From: a virus
DNA: 43,967 nucleotides
Virus record (IMG/VR): IMGVR_UViG_3300037473_000101
Span: 1 to 43,967 of that record
Reading direction: 5' to 3' (one strand)
The translations under genes were made by a program, and so were the position numbers. The first letter of the stretch is position 1, and each line of letters begins with the position of its first letter. Shown here piece by piece: positions 1 to 8,090 of the stretch. The notes beneath the pieces are model-generated. The model saw nothing but the letters and a program-made list of their open reading frames with translations. It was not told the DNA's origin and did no database searches.

Positions 1-127
1 AGCGCTGCAAGCGCCCTGGGCACAAGTCCTACGCCGACTATGGCGGCCGGGGGATCACGGTTTGTGAACGCTGGGAGTCGTTTGAGAATTTCCTTCAGGA
101 CATGGGCGAACGCCCGAAGGGGCGCAC
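1..127. repeat. Terminal direct repeat, left copy (identical to 43841-43967)
   Basis: Base-by-base identity of 1-127 with 43841-43967. Confidence 0.97.
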
Positions 128-392
128 GCTCAGCCGCATCAACAATGAAGGGAACTATGAGCCCGGAAATTGCTGCTGGGATACTTACCGCTCCCAGGCC
201 AATAACCGCCGTTCGTCTCGGCTGATCACATTCTCTGGTCGCACAATGACCATTTCCGAGTGGTCGCGAGAGATCGGCTGCGAGCACGACGTTTTATCCC
301 ATCGCCTACGTTCAGGGTGGCCCGTAGAGCGCGCCTTGACCGCGCCTATGCGGGTCACGTCCTACAGCCGATGCTTCAAGAAGGCAGCTTAG
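1..392 (+). CDS. HNH-type endonuclease-like protein, 3' portion (the gene starts at 43552 and crosses the circular junction)
   Basis: Reading frame is continuous with 43552-43967. Motifs ERCKRPGHKSYADYGGRGITVCERWESFENFLQDMGERP, NNEGNYEPGNCCW and QANNRR, plus a C-terminal helix-turn-helix-like ITFSGRTMTISEWSREIG. Stop TAG at 390-392. Confidence 0.75.
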   Translation, partial: RCKRPGHKSYADYGGRGITVCERWESFENFLQDMGERPKGRTLSRINNEGNYEPGNCCWDTYRSQANNRRSSRLITFSGRTMTISEWSREIGCEHDVLSHRLRSGWPVERALTAPMRVTSYSRCFKKAA

Positions 393-970
393 TGGCCGGC
401 GCCTTCAACACCTGGATGCCCCTCTACGTCGCGGACTACCTCCGCAAGACGACCAGGCTGACCACAGAGCAGCATGGGGCCTATTGCCTGCTCATCATGG
501 ATTACTGGGTCAACGGCGCCCCGCCGGACGATGACGTTGCTCTGGCCCAGATTGTCCGGCTCCCCCTCAACCAGTGGCGCAAGCACCGGCCCGTGATCCT
601 TTCTCTCCCCGGAGAGGCCTTCTCAGTCAAAGACGGGAAGTGGGTTCATGGCCGCATCGAGGATGAACGAATGAAAGCATTCGCCATCACCGAAGTGCGC
701 CGCAAGGGAGGGCAAGAGCGACAACGGCTCAGCAAACAGACAGCACATGCTGAAGCTCAAGCTACAGCAGGAAGGCCAGCAGAAAGCCAGCAGGCGGCGA
801 GACCTTCACATAGAACCATACATAAATCCTCTACCGAGCTTGTTGCCGCGCGCGACCCTTTGCCCTCTGTGGAGGCAGGGTCGTCGCGCGACGCTCAGGC
901 AATCGGCAGCTTCACCGGCGGGACTATCTCTCGGCTTTTGGAGCAAGCGGCTGGAGGGAAGAAGTTTTGA
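392..970 (+). CDS. DUF1376 (YdaU-like) family protein
   Basis: Motif WMPLYVADYLRKTTRLTTEQHGAYCLLIMDYW. GTG at 392 overlaps the upstream TAG by 1 nt and is preceded by GAAGG. Alternative ATG at 371. Confidence 0.7.
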   Translation: MAGAFNTWMPLYVADYLRKTTRLTTEQHGAYCLLIMDYWVNGAPPDDDVALAQIVRLPLNQWRKHRPVILSLPGEAFSVKDGKWVHGRIEDERMKAFAITEVRRKGGQERQRLSKQTAHAEAQATAGRPAESQQAARPSHRTIHKSSTELVAARDPLPSVEAGSSRDAQAIGSFTGGTISRLLEQAAGGKKF

Positions 971-1001
971 GGATGACCATGGAGCAATGTGAAAAGGCGG
1001 G

Positions 1002-1205
1002 GTGTGCGGCATGAGCGAGAAGAACGAAGACGGGTTCTATCATCGCCCAACATTTGCTGTGCAGTCATGGCAGATGCAAGCCCCTTATCGGCACATGGAG
1101 TATGTGCTGCGCACCATCCCTCGGAACGGCTGGTATGTGACCCAGAAGTGGGAACGCGGGGCTTGGCGCGACCTGCCGATTACCTGGGATGATCCGGTTT
1201 GCTGA
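1002..1205 (+). CDS. Hypothetical protein (67 aa)
   Basis: ORF in the gene-dense plus-strand block. GTG at 1002 follows AAGGCGGG. Alternative ATG at 1011. Confidence 0.5.
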   Translation: MCGMSEKNEDGFYHRPTFAVQSWQMQAPYRHMEYVLRTIPRNGWYVTQKWERGAWRDLPITWDDPVC

Positions 1206-1237
1206 TAGGGGCGAAGCTATGGAGGAGAGGATGGGCG

Positions 1238-1654
1238 ATGTACAAGAACGCCTTTGAAAACCAGCAGCGCCGCGCGGACTTCATCAAGCTTGCTGACTTG
1301 GCCGGCGGGACAGAGACCCAGACGCCCGAGGAGCGGCGCCGGAACCTCGTCGCCCGGATTAAGCAACTCGACGCTGAGATCCAGGCTTGCGACGACCGCA
1401 CCGAGAAGAAGCGGCTCGGAAAGTTGAAGTGTGACCTCCAGGAAGAAGCCAGGGCGATCCGCCCGAAATACAACGGCCACCGCGACGTGGCGAATTTCAT
1501 CGTGGACGCCATGCGTGAGCGCCTGCCAGCTCCGCAGGTCAAGATCATCATCAACGCGGGGGTCAAGGCCTACGAGGAATACATGGCCTCTCATAGCGAA
1601 GTCATTGAAGCGGAATCAAAATCCGCAATTGTTTCACAGAAACATTCCCAATGA
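1238..1654 (+). CDS. Hypothetical protein, coiled-coil rich
   Basis: ATG at 1238 preceded by GGAGGAGAGG. The ORF runs to a TGA that overlaps the next start. Confidence 0.6.
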   Translation: MYKNAFENQQRRADFIKLADLAGGTETQTPEERRRNLVARIKQLDAEIQACDDRTEKKRLGKLKCDLQEEARAIRPKYNGHRDVANFIVDAMRERLPAPQVKIIINAGVKAYEEYMASHSEVIEAESKSAIVSQKHSQ

Positions 1655-1938
1655 CCCGCCCCTTCCCCAACGACCCCCAATGGCTACAGCTCTCCAGGAA
1701 GCTACCACCGGATGCTGTAGTCCTTGCGTTGCTGAGATTTGGATTCCGCGCCAGCGACATAGCCGAATGTTTCGGGTGCGAGAAGTGCCGCATCACGGCC
1801 ATCACCCGCCGCCATTCCATCCCGCCTCAGAAGAACACATCTGAGCGCTGGCGGACGAATGGGGCGCCCTTCCCAAAAGCGCACCGCTGGGATATCGGCA
1901 TCAAGCGCAACATACAGAACCTAGTAGTTAATCTTTAG
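1651..1938 (+). CDS. Hypothetical small DNA-binding-like protein (weak GcrA-like HTH resemblance)
   Basis: ATGA start/stop overlap with the upstream gene. Segment GFRASDIAECFGCEKCRITAITRRHSIP loosely resembles the GcrA N-terminal HTH. Confidence 0.5.
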   Translation: MTRPFPNDPQWLQLSRKLPPDAVVLALLRFGFRASDIAECFGCEKCRITAITRRHSIPPQKNTSERWRTNGAPFPKAHRWDIGIKRNIQNLVVNL

Positions 1939-1976
1939 CTGGTAACTACATCCTGTCAGATCCCGGCAGGAAGTAG

Positions 1977-2129
1977 ATGACTGCTCTGCGGTTTTACGTC
2001 TACGCGCTGATCGACCCCAGAGATGGGGAAGTCTTTTACGTGGGCAAAGGATGTGGCTCCCGGGCGTCAGACCTGGCTAGTCTGAATCAAATCAGCAACT
2101 TACTCCACACAGCAGATGCGCTTCGCTAA
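1977..2129 (+). pseudogene. Truncated GIY-YIG nuclease N-terminal fragment (50 codons)
   Basis: MTALRFYVYALIDPRDGEVFYVGKGCGSR matches the first GIY-YIG beta-hairpin motif. The ORF stops after 50 aa, too short for a full domain, and overlaps the terS-like start. Confidence 0.5.
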
Positions 2130-2394
2130 GGGAAAATCCGGCAACCCTGGCGGCCGGGCTACTGAGAAGCTTTGGAGGGATTCGATCCTCAAAGCGGTGA
2201 AAGAACGCGGCGACAGGAAGGGCCCGCAGTTTATCGAAATGGCTGCAAAAGCGCTTGTCGCCGCTGCGGTGAGTGGGGATGTCCCAGCAATCAAGGAATT
2301 GGGCGACCGTCTTGATGGGAAATCAGCGCCGTCCCCGGAGGAGCGCGAGGACACCCGTAGCCTCATCGTCCAGCTGGTGAAGTACCGCCAGTGA
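2116..2394 (+). CDS. terS: Small terminase-like protein (DUF5681-type N-terminus)
   Basis: MRFAKGKSGNPGGR motif. Lies immediately upstream of terL and overlaps it. Confidence 0.65.
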   Translation: MRFAKGKSGNPGGRATEKLWRDSILKAVKERGDRKGPQFIEMAAKALVAAAVSGDVPAIKELGDRLDGKSAPSPEEREDTRSLIVQLVKYRQ

Positions 2395-3791
2395 GCCAAA
2401 TCATCCGCATCCCCAACAACTGGAACCCACGTCCGCATCAGCGGAAGCTCTGGGATTACCTGGAAGGCGGAGGGAAGCGAGCCGTCGAGGTGGCCCATCG
2501 TCGGTGGGGAAAGGATGATGTGGCCCTTCATTGGACGTGCAGCCAAGCCCACGAAAAGATTGCCTCATATTGGCATATGTTGCCACTCGCCAACCAGGCA
2601 CGTAAGGCAATTTGGAACGCGGTCAATCCTCACACCGGCATCCGGCGGATTGACGAGGCGTTCCCCCAGGCGCTTCGGGAGTCCACGCAAGATCACGAGA
2701 TGTTCATCCGCTTCAAGTGCGGGTCAACGTGGCAGGTTGTGGGCTCCGACAACTTCGCCGGTCTGGTCGGCTCCCCGCCCTATGGCGTGGTGTTCTCGGA
2801 GTGGTCGCTTGCCGATCCTGAGGCGTGGTCGCAGCTCATGCCGATTCTTAGGGAAAACAAAGGCTGGGCGATCTTCATCTATACGCCGAAAGGCAAGAAC
2901 CACGGCTGGTCCACCCTTAAGCATGCCGAGGCCAACCCGGGCACATGGTTTTGCGAGACGCAGCCGATCAGCGAAACCAAGATGCTGACGGACGAGGAGC
3001 TTGCGGAAGAACTCGGTCAGTACATTTCGCTCTATGGAGAGGACGATGGATGCGCATACTTTGATCAGGAGTATAATTGTTCGTTCAACGCGCCGCTCCT
3101 CGGTAGTTACTACGGATCGTATCTCGGGAAAGCCCGTGCTGAAGGGCGGATCGGTGACGTTCCCTATGAACCCGGCCTACCTGTCTACACTGGGTGGGAT
3201 CTGGGTCGATCTGACGACACAGCCATTTGGTTCGCCCAGCGACTAGGCGTCAACGTCCGGGTGATCGATTACTATCGCTCCTCCGGCCATACCATGGACC
3301 ATTACGCCAAGGTCCTTCAGAGTAAGCCTTACGCCTATGCGCGGCAGGGCCACATCCTGCCGCATGATGGCTCGAACGTGCTCATGCACGCGCCGGACTC
3401 CCTGGCAGCGCAGTTGATGAAGTTCTTCCCCGATGGCGTGACGGTCCTCCCAAACGATGATGTGGAAAAGGGCATCCACGCTGTGCGGCAACTATTGCCA
3501 GTCTGCCACTTCGATGAGGCCAAATGCTCTGACGGGCTTTCCGCTCTCGAATCCTACCATCGGGAATGGGACGACAAGCGCAAGATGTTCAAAGACGTGC
3601 CCTGTCACGACTGGGCATCGCACGCGGCGGATGGGTTCAGGTCTCTAGCTCAGGGCCTCCCAAAGTCCCTTCAGTACGTCCCGCCCAAAGAGCCCGGCCA
3701 CATCATCATCGGGGGCAAGTCCACCATGACCATGGATCAGCTCTGGGCACACCACGATCGCTCGCGTAGGGCCGGGAGAGGGCGTATATGA
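2391..3791 (+). CDS. terL: Terminase large subunit
   Basis: 466 aa. N-terminal ATPase-like segment PRPHQRKLWDYL...HRRWGKDD. Sits between the terS-like gene and the portal. GTG start overlaps the upstream stop. Confidence 0.85.
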   Translation: MSQIIRIPNNWNPRPHQRKLWDYLEGGGKRAVEVAHRRWGKDDVALHWTCSQAHEKIASYWHMLPLANQARKAIWNAVNPHTGIRRIDEAFPQALRESTQDHEMFIRFKCGSTWQVVGSDNFAGLVGSPPYGVVFSEWSLADPEAWSQLMPILRENKGWAIFIYTPKGKNHGWSTLKHAEANPGTWFCETQPISETKMLTDEELAEELGQYISLYGEDDGCAYFDQEYNCSFNAPLLGSYYGSYLGKARAEGRIGDVPYEPGLPVYTGWDLGRSDDTAIWFAQRLGVNVRVIDYYRSSGHTMDHYAKVLQSKPYAYARQGHILPHDGSNVLMHAPDSLAAQLMKFFPDGVTVLPNDDVEKGIHAVRQLLPVCHFDEAKCSDGLSALESYHREWDDKRKMFKDVPCHDWASHAADGFRSLAQGLPKSLQYVPPKEPGHIIIGGKSTMTMDQLWAHHDRSRRAGRGRI

Positions 3792-6241
3792 GCGATAACA
3801 CCAACCCTCCCGTCGTCTCCTCGAAAGACTTCAAAGGCCCGCAAGGTCAGGCCAAGCGATGGAAGGCCGAGGTCGATCTCTTCGAATCCCAACAGGCCAC
3901 GTTCTGGGAGCGCTGTGGGCGTATCGAGAAGCGCTATCGCAATGACACATGGCGGGATGCGGTCGATACCGGGGGTCTCTCGAATGACACCGAGGCAGGA
4001 CGCGGCTTTTCCCTGCTCTGGGCCAACCAACAGACACTCCAACCGATTGTCTATGCCCAGGAGCCGAAGGCCAACGTTCAGAGGCGGTTCAAGGACAGCG
4101 ACCCCGTTGCCCGTGTGGCGGGGATCATCATCGAACGGTGCCTGGACTTCTTTATCGATAAGCCAGATTTCGAGCAGACCACCCGCCAGGGCCGGGACGA
4201 TTACCTGCTCGTTGGCATGGGCGTGCAGTGGCGCCGCTATATCCCGCACATGGCGAACATCGCCAAGCGCGTGGGGGTAAAGCCGACCGAGGCTTTTGTG
4301 GACGACCAGGGCGTACAGATCACCAACGATCCCGCTGGATACAAGGGTGGATATTCCACCGAGGACGGAAGCGCGCTCAGCGACGAGGAGCGCAAGGGCG
4401 TTCAGATCGATGCGGAAGGTCCTTACATCGAACGGGCTGAACAGGCGATCAAGACCGAGGAAGTCTGCCGCGAGCATGTGAATTACCGTGACTTCGGCTG
4501 GTCTCCGGGCGCCAGGACATGGGCTGAAGCTCCGGCAGTATGGCGTAAGGTCTACATGACCAGAGACGCTCTCATAGACCGGTTCGGCAAGGAGAAGGGC
4601 GAGAAGGTCGAATTGGACTTCAAGCCCAAGAATGCCGATGGCAACGGGGTTGAGAAATCGTTCTTCAAGAAAGCGACGATTTACGAGATTTGGGACAAGG
4701 AGACCAAGAAAGTCCATTGGCTCGCCAAGCACTATGACGGCGATCTCCTAGATAGCCGGGACGACCCTCTCGGCATTGATGGGTTTTTCCCCTGCGCCCG
4801 GCCGCTCTTTGCCACGCAGACCACCGATCAAGTCACCCCTGTTCCTGAATATCTCCAGTACCAGGACCAGGCCGAGGAGATGGATAGGCTCACCCAAAAA
4901 GCCTACATCCTCATGGATGCGATCAAGATCCGCGGGCTTTATGCCGGGAATATTCCTGAAGTCCAAAGACTCCTTCAGGACAGCAGCAACCTGGACTTCA
5001 CCCCCGTTGCGGAATCGATTGTCGCCATGTCGTCGGGCGACCTCTCCAAGATGGTGTGGGTGTGGCCGATCAAGGAAGTCGTGGAAGCCCTTGTGGCTGT
5101 GTTGGATGCCAGGGAGCGGGTCAAGCAGGACTCTTACGAAATCACCGGCATTTCGGACATTATCCGGGGGGCAACCGACCCCAACGAAACCCTTGGCGCT
5201 CAGGAACTAAAGGCGCAGACCGGCGCGGTCCGGGTGAAAGATCGTCAGAGGGAAATGCAGCGGTGGATTCGCGACGGTCTCCGGATCGATGCGGATATCA
5301 TCATGAACCACTTCCAGCCCGAGACGATCGCGGACATTGCCGATCTCTCGTCCATCCCCGAGGCGGACTATCGCCAGATCAATGGTGAGTGGAGAGACCC
5401 GGAGACCATGAAGCCGGCCGGCCAGTTGCCGGGCGAGCAACAGCAGATGCCCGCACAGGGCATGCCGCCCGGCGCGCCGACTATGGGCCAGCAGCAGCCC
5501 ATGCCGCCTCTTCCAGGCGTCCCACAGGGGATTCCGATCCAAGGCCCGACCTTGGGCGAAGCAGCCATTATGCTGCTCAAGAACAAATCCCAGCGAAAGT
5601 TCCGCATCGATATCGAGACGGACTCCACGGTCCAGTTGGATCAGGCGCAGGAGAAGCAGGACCGCTCGGAGCTGGTCGCGTCCCTGACGCAGTTCTTTAC
5701 GGCTATTGCGCCGATTGTCGAAGCCCAGCCCGTCACGCTCCCCATGTTCCGGGAGATCCTGCTCTTTGCCGTCCGAGGCTTCAAGGCCGGGGCATCGCTT
5801 GAGGGCATGATCGAATCCACCATGGAGGCGCTGGGTAACCAGCCGCCGAAGCAGCAGGCCCCTGACCCGGCCGTGATCAAAGCTCAGGCTGAGATTGAGA
5901 ACACGAAACTGCAAGGCCAGATCGCCCAGCAACAGGCGCAGACCGAGCAGCGGCGCAGCCAGGTCGAGCTTCAGAACGACCAAGCCCGCATGGCGATGGA
6001 GCAGCAGCAGAGCCGGGAAGAACTTCAGCACGAGCGCGAGAAGAACCGGATGGAGATCATCAAGATTTTCACCGAGCTGATGGCCGAACGCGAGCGGGCA
6101 CAGCTTGACCATGCGGTTGCCCAGGGTAATGCCGCCAACCAGCAGCAGTTGGGCGAGATGAAGCTGGACCACGCCAAGCAGCTAGGCGCGATCAAGCAGA
6201 AGCAGGCAGCGAAACCCAAGCCGAATGGAGCGCAGAAGTGA
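3788..6241 (+). CDS. Portal protein (817 aa) with a P/Q-rich insert and a long Q-rich C-terminal coiled coil
   Basis: ATGA overlap with terL. Size and position fit a portal. Low-complexity stretch GQLPGEQQQMPAQGMPPGAPTMGQQQPMPPLPGVPQG. C-terminal tail rich in Q and E. Confidence 0.8.
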   Translation: MSDNTNPPVVSSKDFKGPQGQAKRWKAEVDLFESQQATFWERCGRIEKRYRNDTWRDAVDTGGLSNDTEAGRGFSLLWANQQTLQPIVYAQEPKANVQRRFKDSDPVARVAGIIIERCLDFFIDKPDFEQTTRQGRDDYLLVGMGVQWRRYIPHMANIAKRVGVKPTEAFVDDQGVQITNDPAGYKGGYSTEDGSALSDEERKGVQIDAEGPYIERAEQAIKTEEVCREHVNYRDFGWSPGARTWAEAPAVWRKVYMTRDALIDRFGKEKGEKVELDFKPKNADGNGVEKSFFKKATIYEIWDKETKKVHWLAKHYDGDLLDSRDDPLGIDGFFPCARPLFATQTTDQVTPVPEYLQYQDQAEEMDRLTQKAYILMDAIKIRGLYAGNIPEVQRLLQDSSNLDFTPVAESIVAMSSGDLSKMVWVWPIKEVVEALVAVLDARERVKQDSYEITGISDIIRGATDPNETLGAQELKAQTGAVRVKDRQREMQRWIRDGLRIDADIIMNHFQPETIADIADLSSIPEADYRQINGEWRDPETMKPAGQLPGEQQQMPAQGMPPGAPTMGQQQPMPPLPGVPQGIPIQGPTLGEAAIMLLKNKSQRKFRIDIETDSTVQLDQAQEKQDRSELVASLTQFFTAIAPIVEAQPVTLPMFREILLFAVRGFKAGASLEGMIESTMEALGNQPPKQQAPDPAVIKAQAEIENTKLQGQIAQQQAQTEQRRSQVELQNDQARMAMEQQQSREELQHEREKNRMEIIKIFTELMAERERAQLDHAVAQGNAANQQQLGEMKLDHAKQLGAIKQKQAAKPKPNGAQK

Positions 6242-6444
6242 GCGAGCCGATTGATATGGCAGAATGGCGCAAGTGGTTTGCATCCTCCCATGAAGAGGAT
6301 GCCGGGATGCTAGAGGCATTCCTATCGCTCTCGGCCGAAGAGCGCATAGAACTCCTATTCTACATGATCGTGAGCCAAGGTGACATTTCGGCGCGCCGTA
6401 TCCGCGCGGCTCAAGACGTTGCCATCGCGGCTTTCAATGCATAA
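6238..6444 (+). CDS. Hypothetical protein (68 aa)
   Basis: GTGA overlap with the portal stop inside the repeated 13-mer AGAAGTGAGCGAG. Confidence 0.55.
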   Translation: MSEPIDMAEWRKWFASSHEEDAGMLEAFLSLSAEERIELLFYMIVSQGDISARRIRAAQDVAIAAFNA

Positions 6445-6489
6445 GCACCGCTACTTCTACACCGTCAACGGCAAGCGGGAGAAAAGGCT

Positions 6490-6642
6490 ATGACATTCCG
6501 CGAATACTACTACCAGCAGCACTCCGAGGTGACGCCCGGTAACTTCGGCATCAATGAGGACGAGCTGCGGGACCTGATCCTGCGGTTTATGGTCACCCTG
6601 GCGGATTACCTTGAACTGCCGCCCGAAGACCCCAATGCGTAA
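6490..6642 (+). CDS. Hypothetical protein (50 aa)
   Basis: ATG preceded by GGGAGAAAAGG. MTFREYYYQQHSEVTPGNFGINEDELRDLILRF... Not in the ORF track because it is under 60 aa. Confidence 0.45.
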   Translation: MTFREYYYQQHSEVTPGNFGINEDELRDLILRFMVTLADYLELPPEDPNA

Positions 6643-6925
6643 GCTGTTCATCTTCCGTAAGGGTGATTGGGTGGAAGTAGACCGCTATGCGCCTCGCCCA
6701 AAGCGGCTGATCGTCATTGGCGACTCATTGCCTGAGACGTGGAACCCCATGAATGGGCGACGCTACACCAGCAAATCCCGGTACTACGCGGACACCAAGG
6801 CCATGGGCGGGGAGATCGTCGGCAACGACGCTGCGGGTCTCCGGGAGCGCACGCCCGTGAAGGCAAACATTGAACCCGCTCAGCGCACCTTGAAGCGGGT
6901 AATCGAACAGGCAGGAGCGAAATGA
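6635..6925 (+). CDS. Hypothetical protein (96 aa)
   Basis: ATG at 6635 (MRKLFIFRKGDW...) within ORF 6611-6925. The stop overlaps the scaffold start. Confidence 0.55.
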   Translation: MRKLFIFRKGDWVEVDRYAPRPKRLIVIGDSLPETWNPMNGRRYTSKSRYYADTKAMGGEIVGNDAAGLRERTPVKANIEPAQRTLKRVIEQAGAK

Positions 6926-8073
6926 TGGCTGAAGCAGCCCCGAGCATGGCGGACAGCATCCGCGCCGCGATGAAGGAAGTCAGCGGTAAGGCAGAGGAGG
7001 AAGCGCCGAATGAGGGTCAAGCAGGCGGTGGTGAGGGATCTCAGCCGGAAGCTGGCGAAGGAGCTGGCGAGAGTGAAGCGCAGGCGAGAGCGCGCGATGA
7101 GCGCGGGCGTTTCGCAGCCGGCGACGACAAGGCTCCAAAAGTTGATGGCGCAGACAAACCGCGCCCGACTCTCACTCTGAAGGAAAAGCCCAATGCCGCG
7201 GCGCAACCGGAACGCCCTGAAGGGCAGACAACGCCGCAAGCGCCGATTCGCCAGCCCGAAGCCAAGCACGTCTCGCCCCCTCCGCACTGGAACGGCTCGG
7301 CCAAAATAGACTGGAACAAGATCCCCGGCTCGCTCCGGGAGTCGATCGCCAAGGACTATGAGGAGGTGGGGAAGGTCCAGGCGCTGAACACCGTTCTTGC
7401 CCCCCATGCCGAAGTATTTGCCCGCGAGTTCGGCGGGACAGATCGGGCCTTGACACAAATTCTGGGGACTTGGGGCTATGCCCGGTCACAACCCCTTGCG
7501 TTTGTCCGCGAGTTCATGCAAAGATACGGTATCGACCCGCAGTCTCTTGGCGGGGTCGCACAGCCAGTTCAGGGCCAGCCCCAAGAACAGCTCGAAAACG
7601 ACCCCTACGCGCCGAGATTCCAGCGCATCGAAACGGCTCTGCAGCAGATAGCACAGCAGCCTGTCCTCCAGCAACAGCACCAGATCAACAGCGACCTTCA
7701 GACCTTCCAGACGGCCCTAAAGCCAGATGGATCGGTTGCTCACCCCTACTACAACGATGTCCGTGGACACATGGCAGCGTTGATGCAGACCCCGGCGATT
7801 ACCGAGGTGTTGCAGTCCAAGGGTGGAGCGGCGGCCTTAAAGGAAGCCTACGACCAGGCGTGTTGGGCGAATCCAAGTGTGCGGGATGCCATTCTCAAAG
7901 AACGGCAGGCGGCACAGGAGACGGAGCGGAGGCAGGCCATAGAGCGGGCACAGAGCGCGGCAGTCAGCGTGAGCGGAGCACCCGGCGTGAATGGGGCTCA
8001 GCCACTAGCAGCGCAATCCGTGTCCGACACTCTCCGGTCTGTCTACAGAGCAGCGAAAGGAGGTCGGGCCTAA
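6922..8073 (+). CDS. Scaffolding protein (putative)
   Basis: 383 aa, acidic and Q-rich low complexity, between the portal and the major capsid gene. Confidence 0.6.
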   Translation: MMAEAAPSMADSIRAAMKEVSGKAEEEAPNEGQAGGGEGSQPEAGEGAGESEAQARARDERGRFAAGDDKAPKVDGADKPRPTLTLKEKPNAAAQPERPEGQTTPQAPIRQPEAKHVSPPPHWNGSAKIDWNKIPGSLRESIAKDYEEVGKVQALNTVLAPHAEVFAREFGGTDRALTQILGTWGYARSQPLAFVREFMQRYGIDPQSLGGVAQPVQGQPQEQLENDPYAPRFQRIETALQQIAQQPVLQQQHQINSDLQTFQTALKPDGSVAHPYYNDVRGHMAALMQTPAITEVLQSKGGAAALKEAYDQACWANPSVRDAILKERQAAQETERRQAIERAQSAAVSVSGAPGVNGAQPLAAQSVSDTLRSVYRAAKGGRA

Positions 8074-8090
8074 ACTGAAAGGGCCATGAG

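Noticed and set aside
3737-4732. Long antisense ORFs opposite the portal, capsid, spike and early genes (for example 3737-4732, 5207-6172, 8097-8981, 21884-23152 and 40648-41592, all minus strand)
   Set aside because: These are typical shadow ORFs of GC-rich DNA. They have R/G/P/A-rich low-information translations and no Shine-Dalgarno sequences, and they fully overlap genes with recognisable products on the other strand.
6238-6642. Second TAA-terminated ORF (6238-6444) in frame with the next ORF (6490-6642), as further support for programmed read-through
   Set aside because: With about nine TAA-terminated late genes and a one-in-three chance of a shared frame, two in-frame pairs is what chance predicts. 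It is noted as a caveat rather than as evidence.
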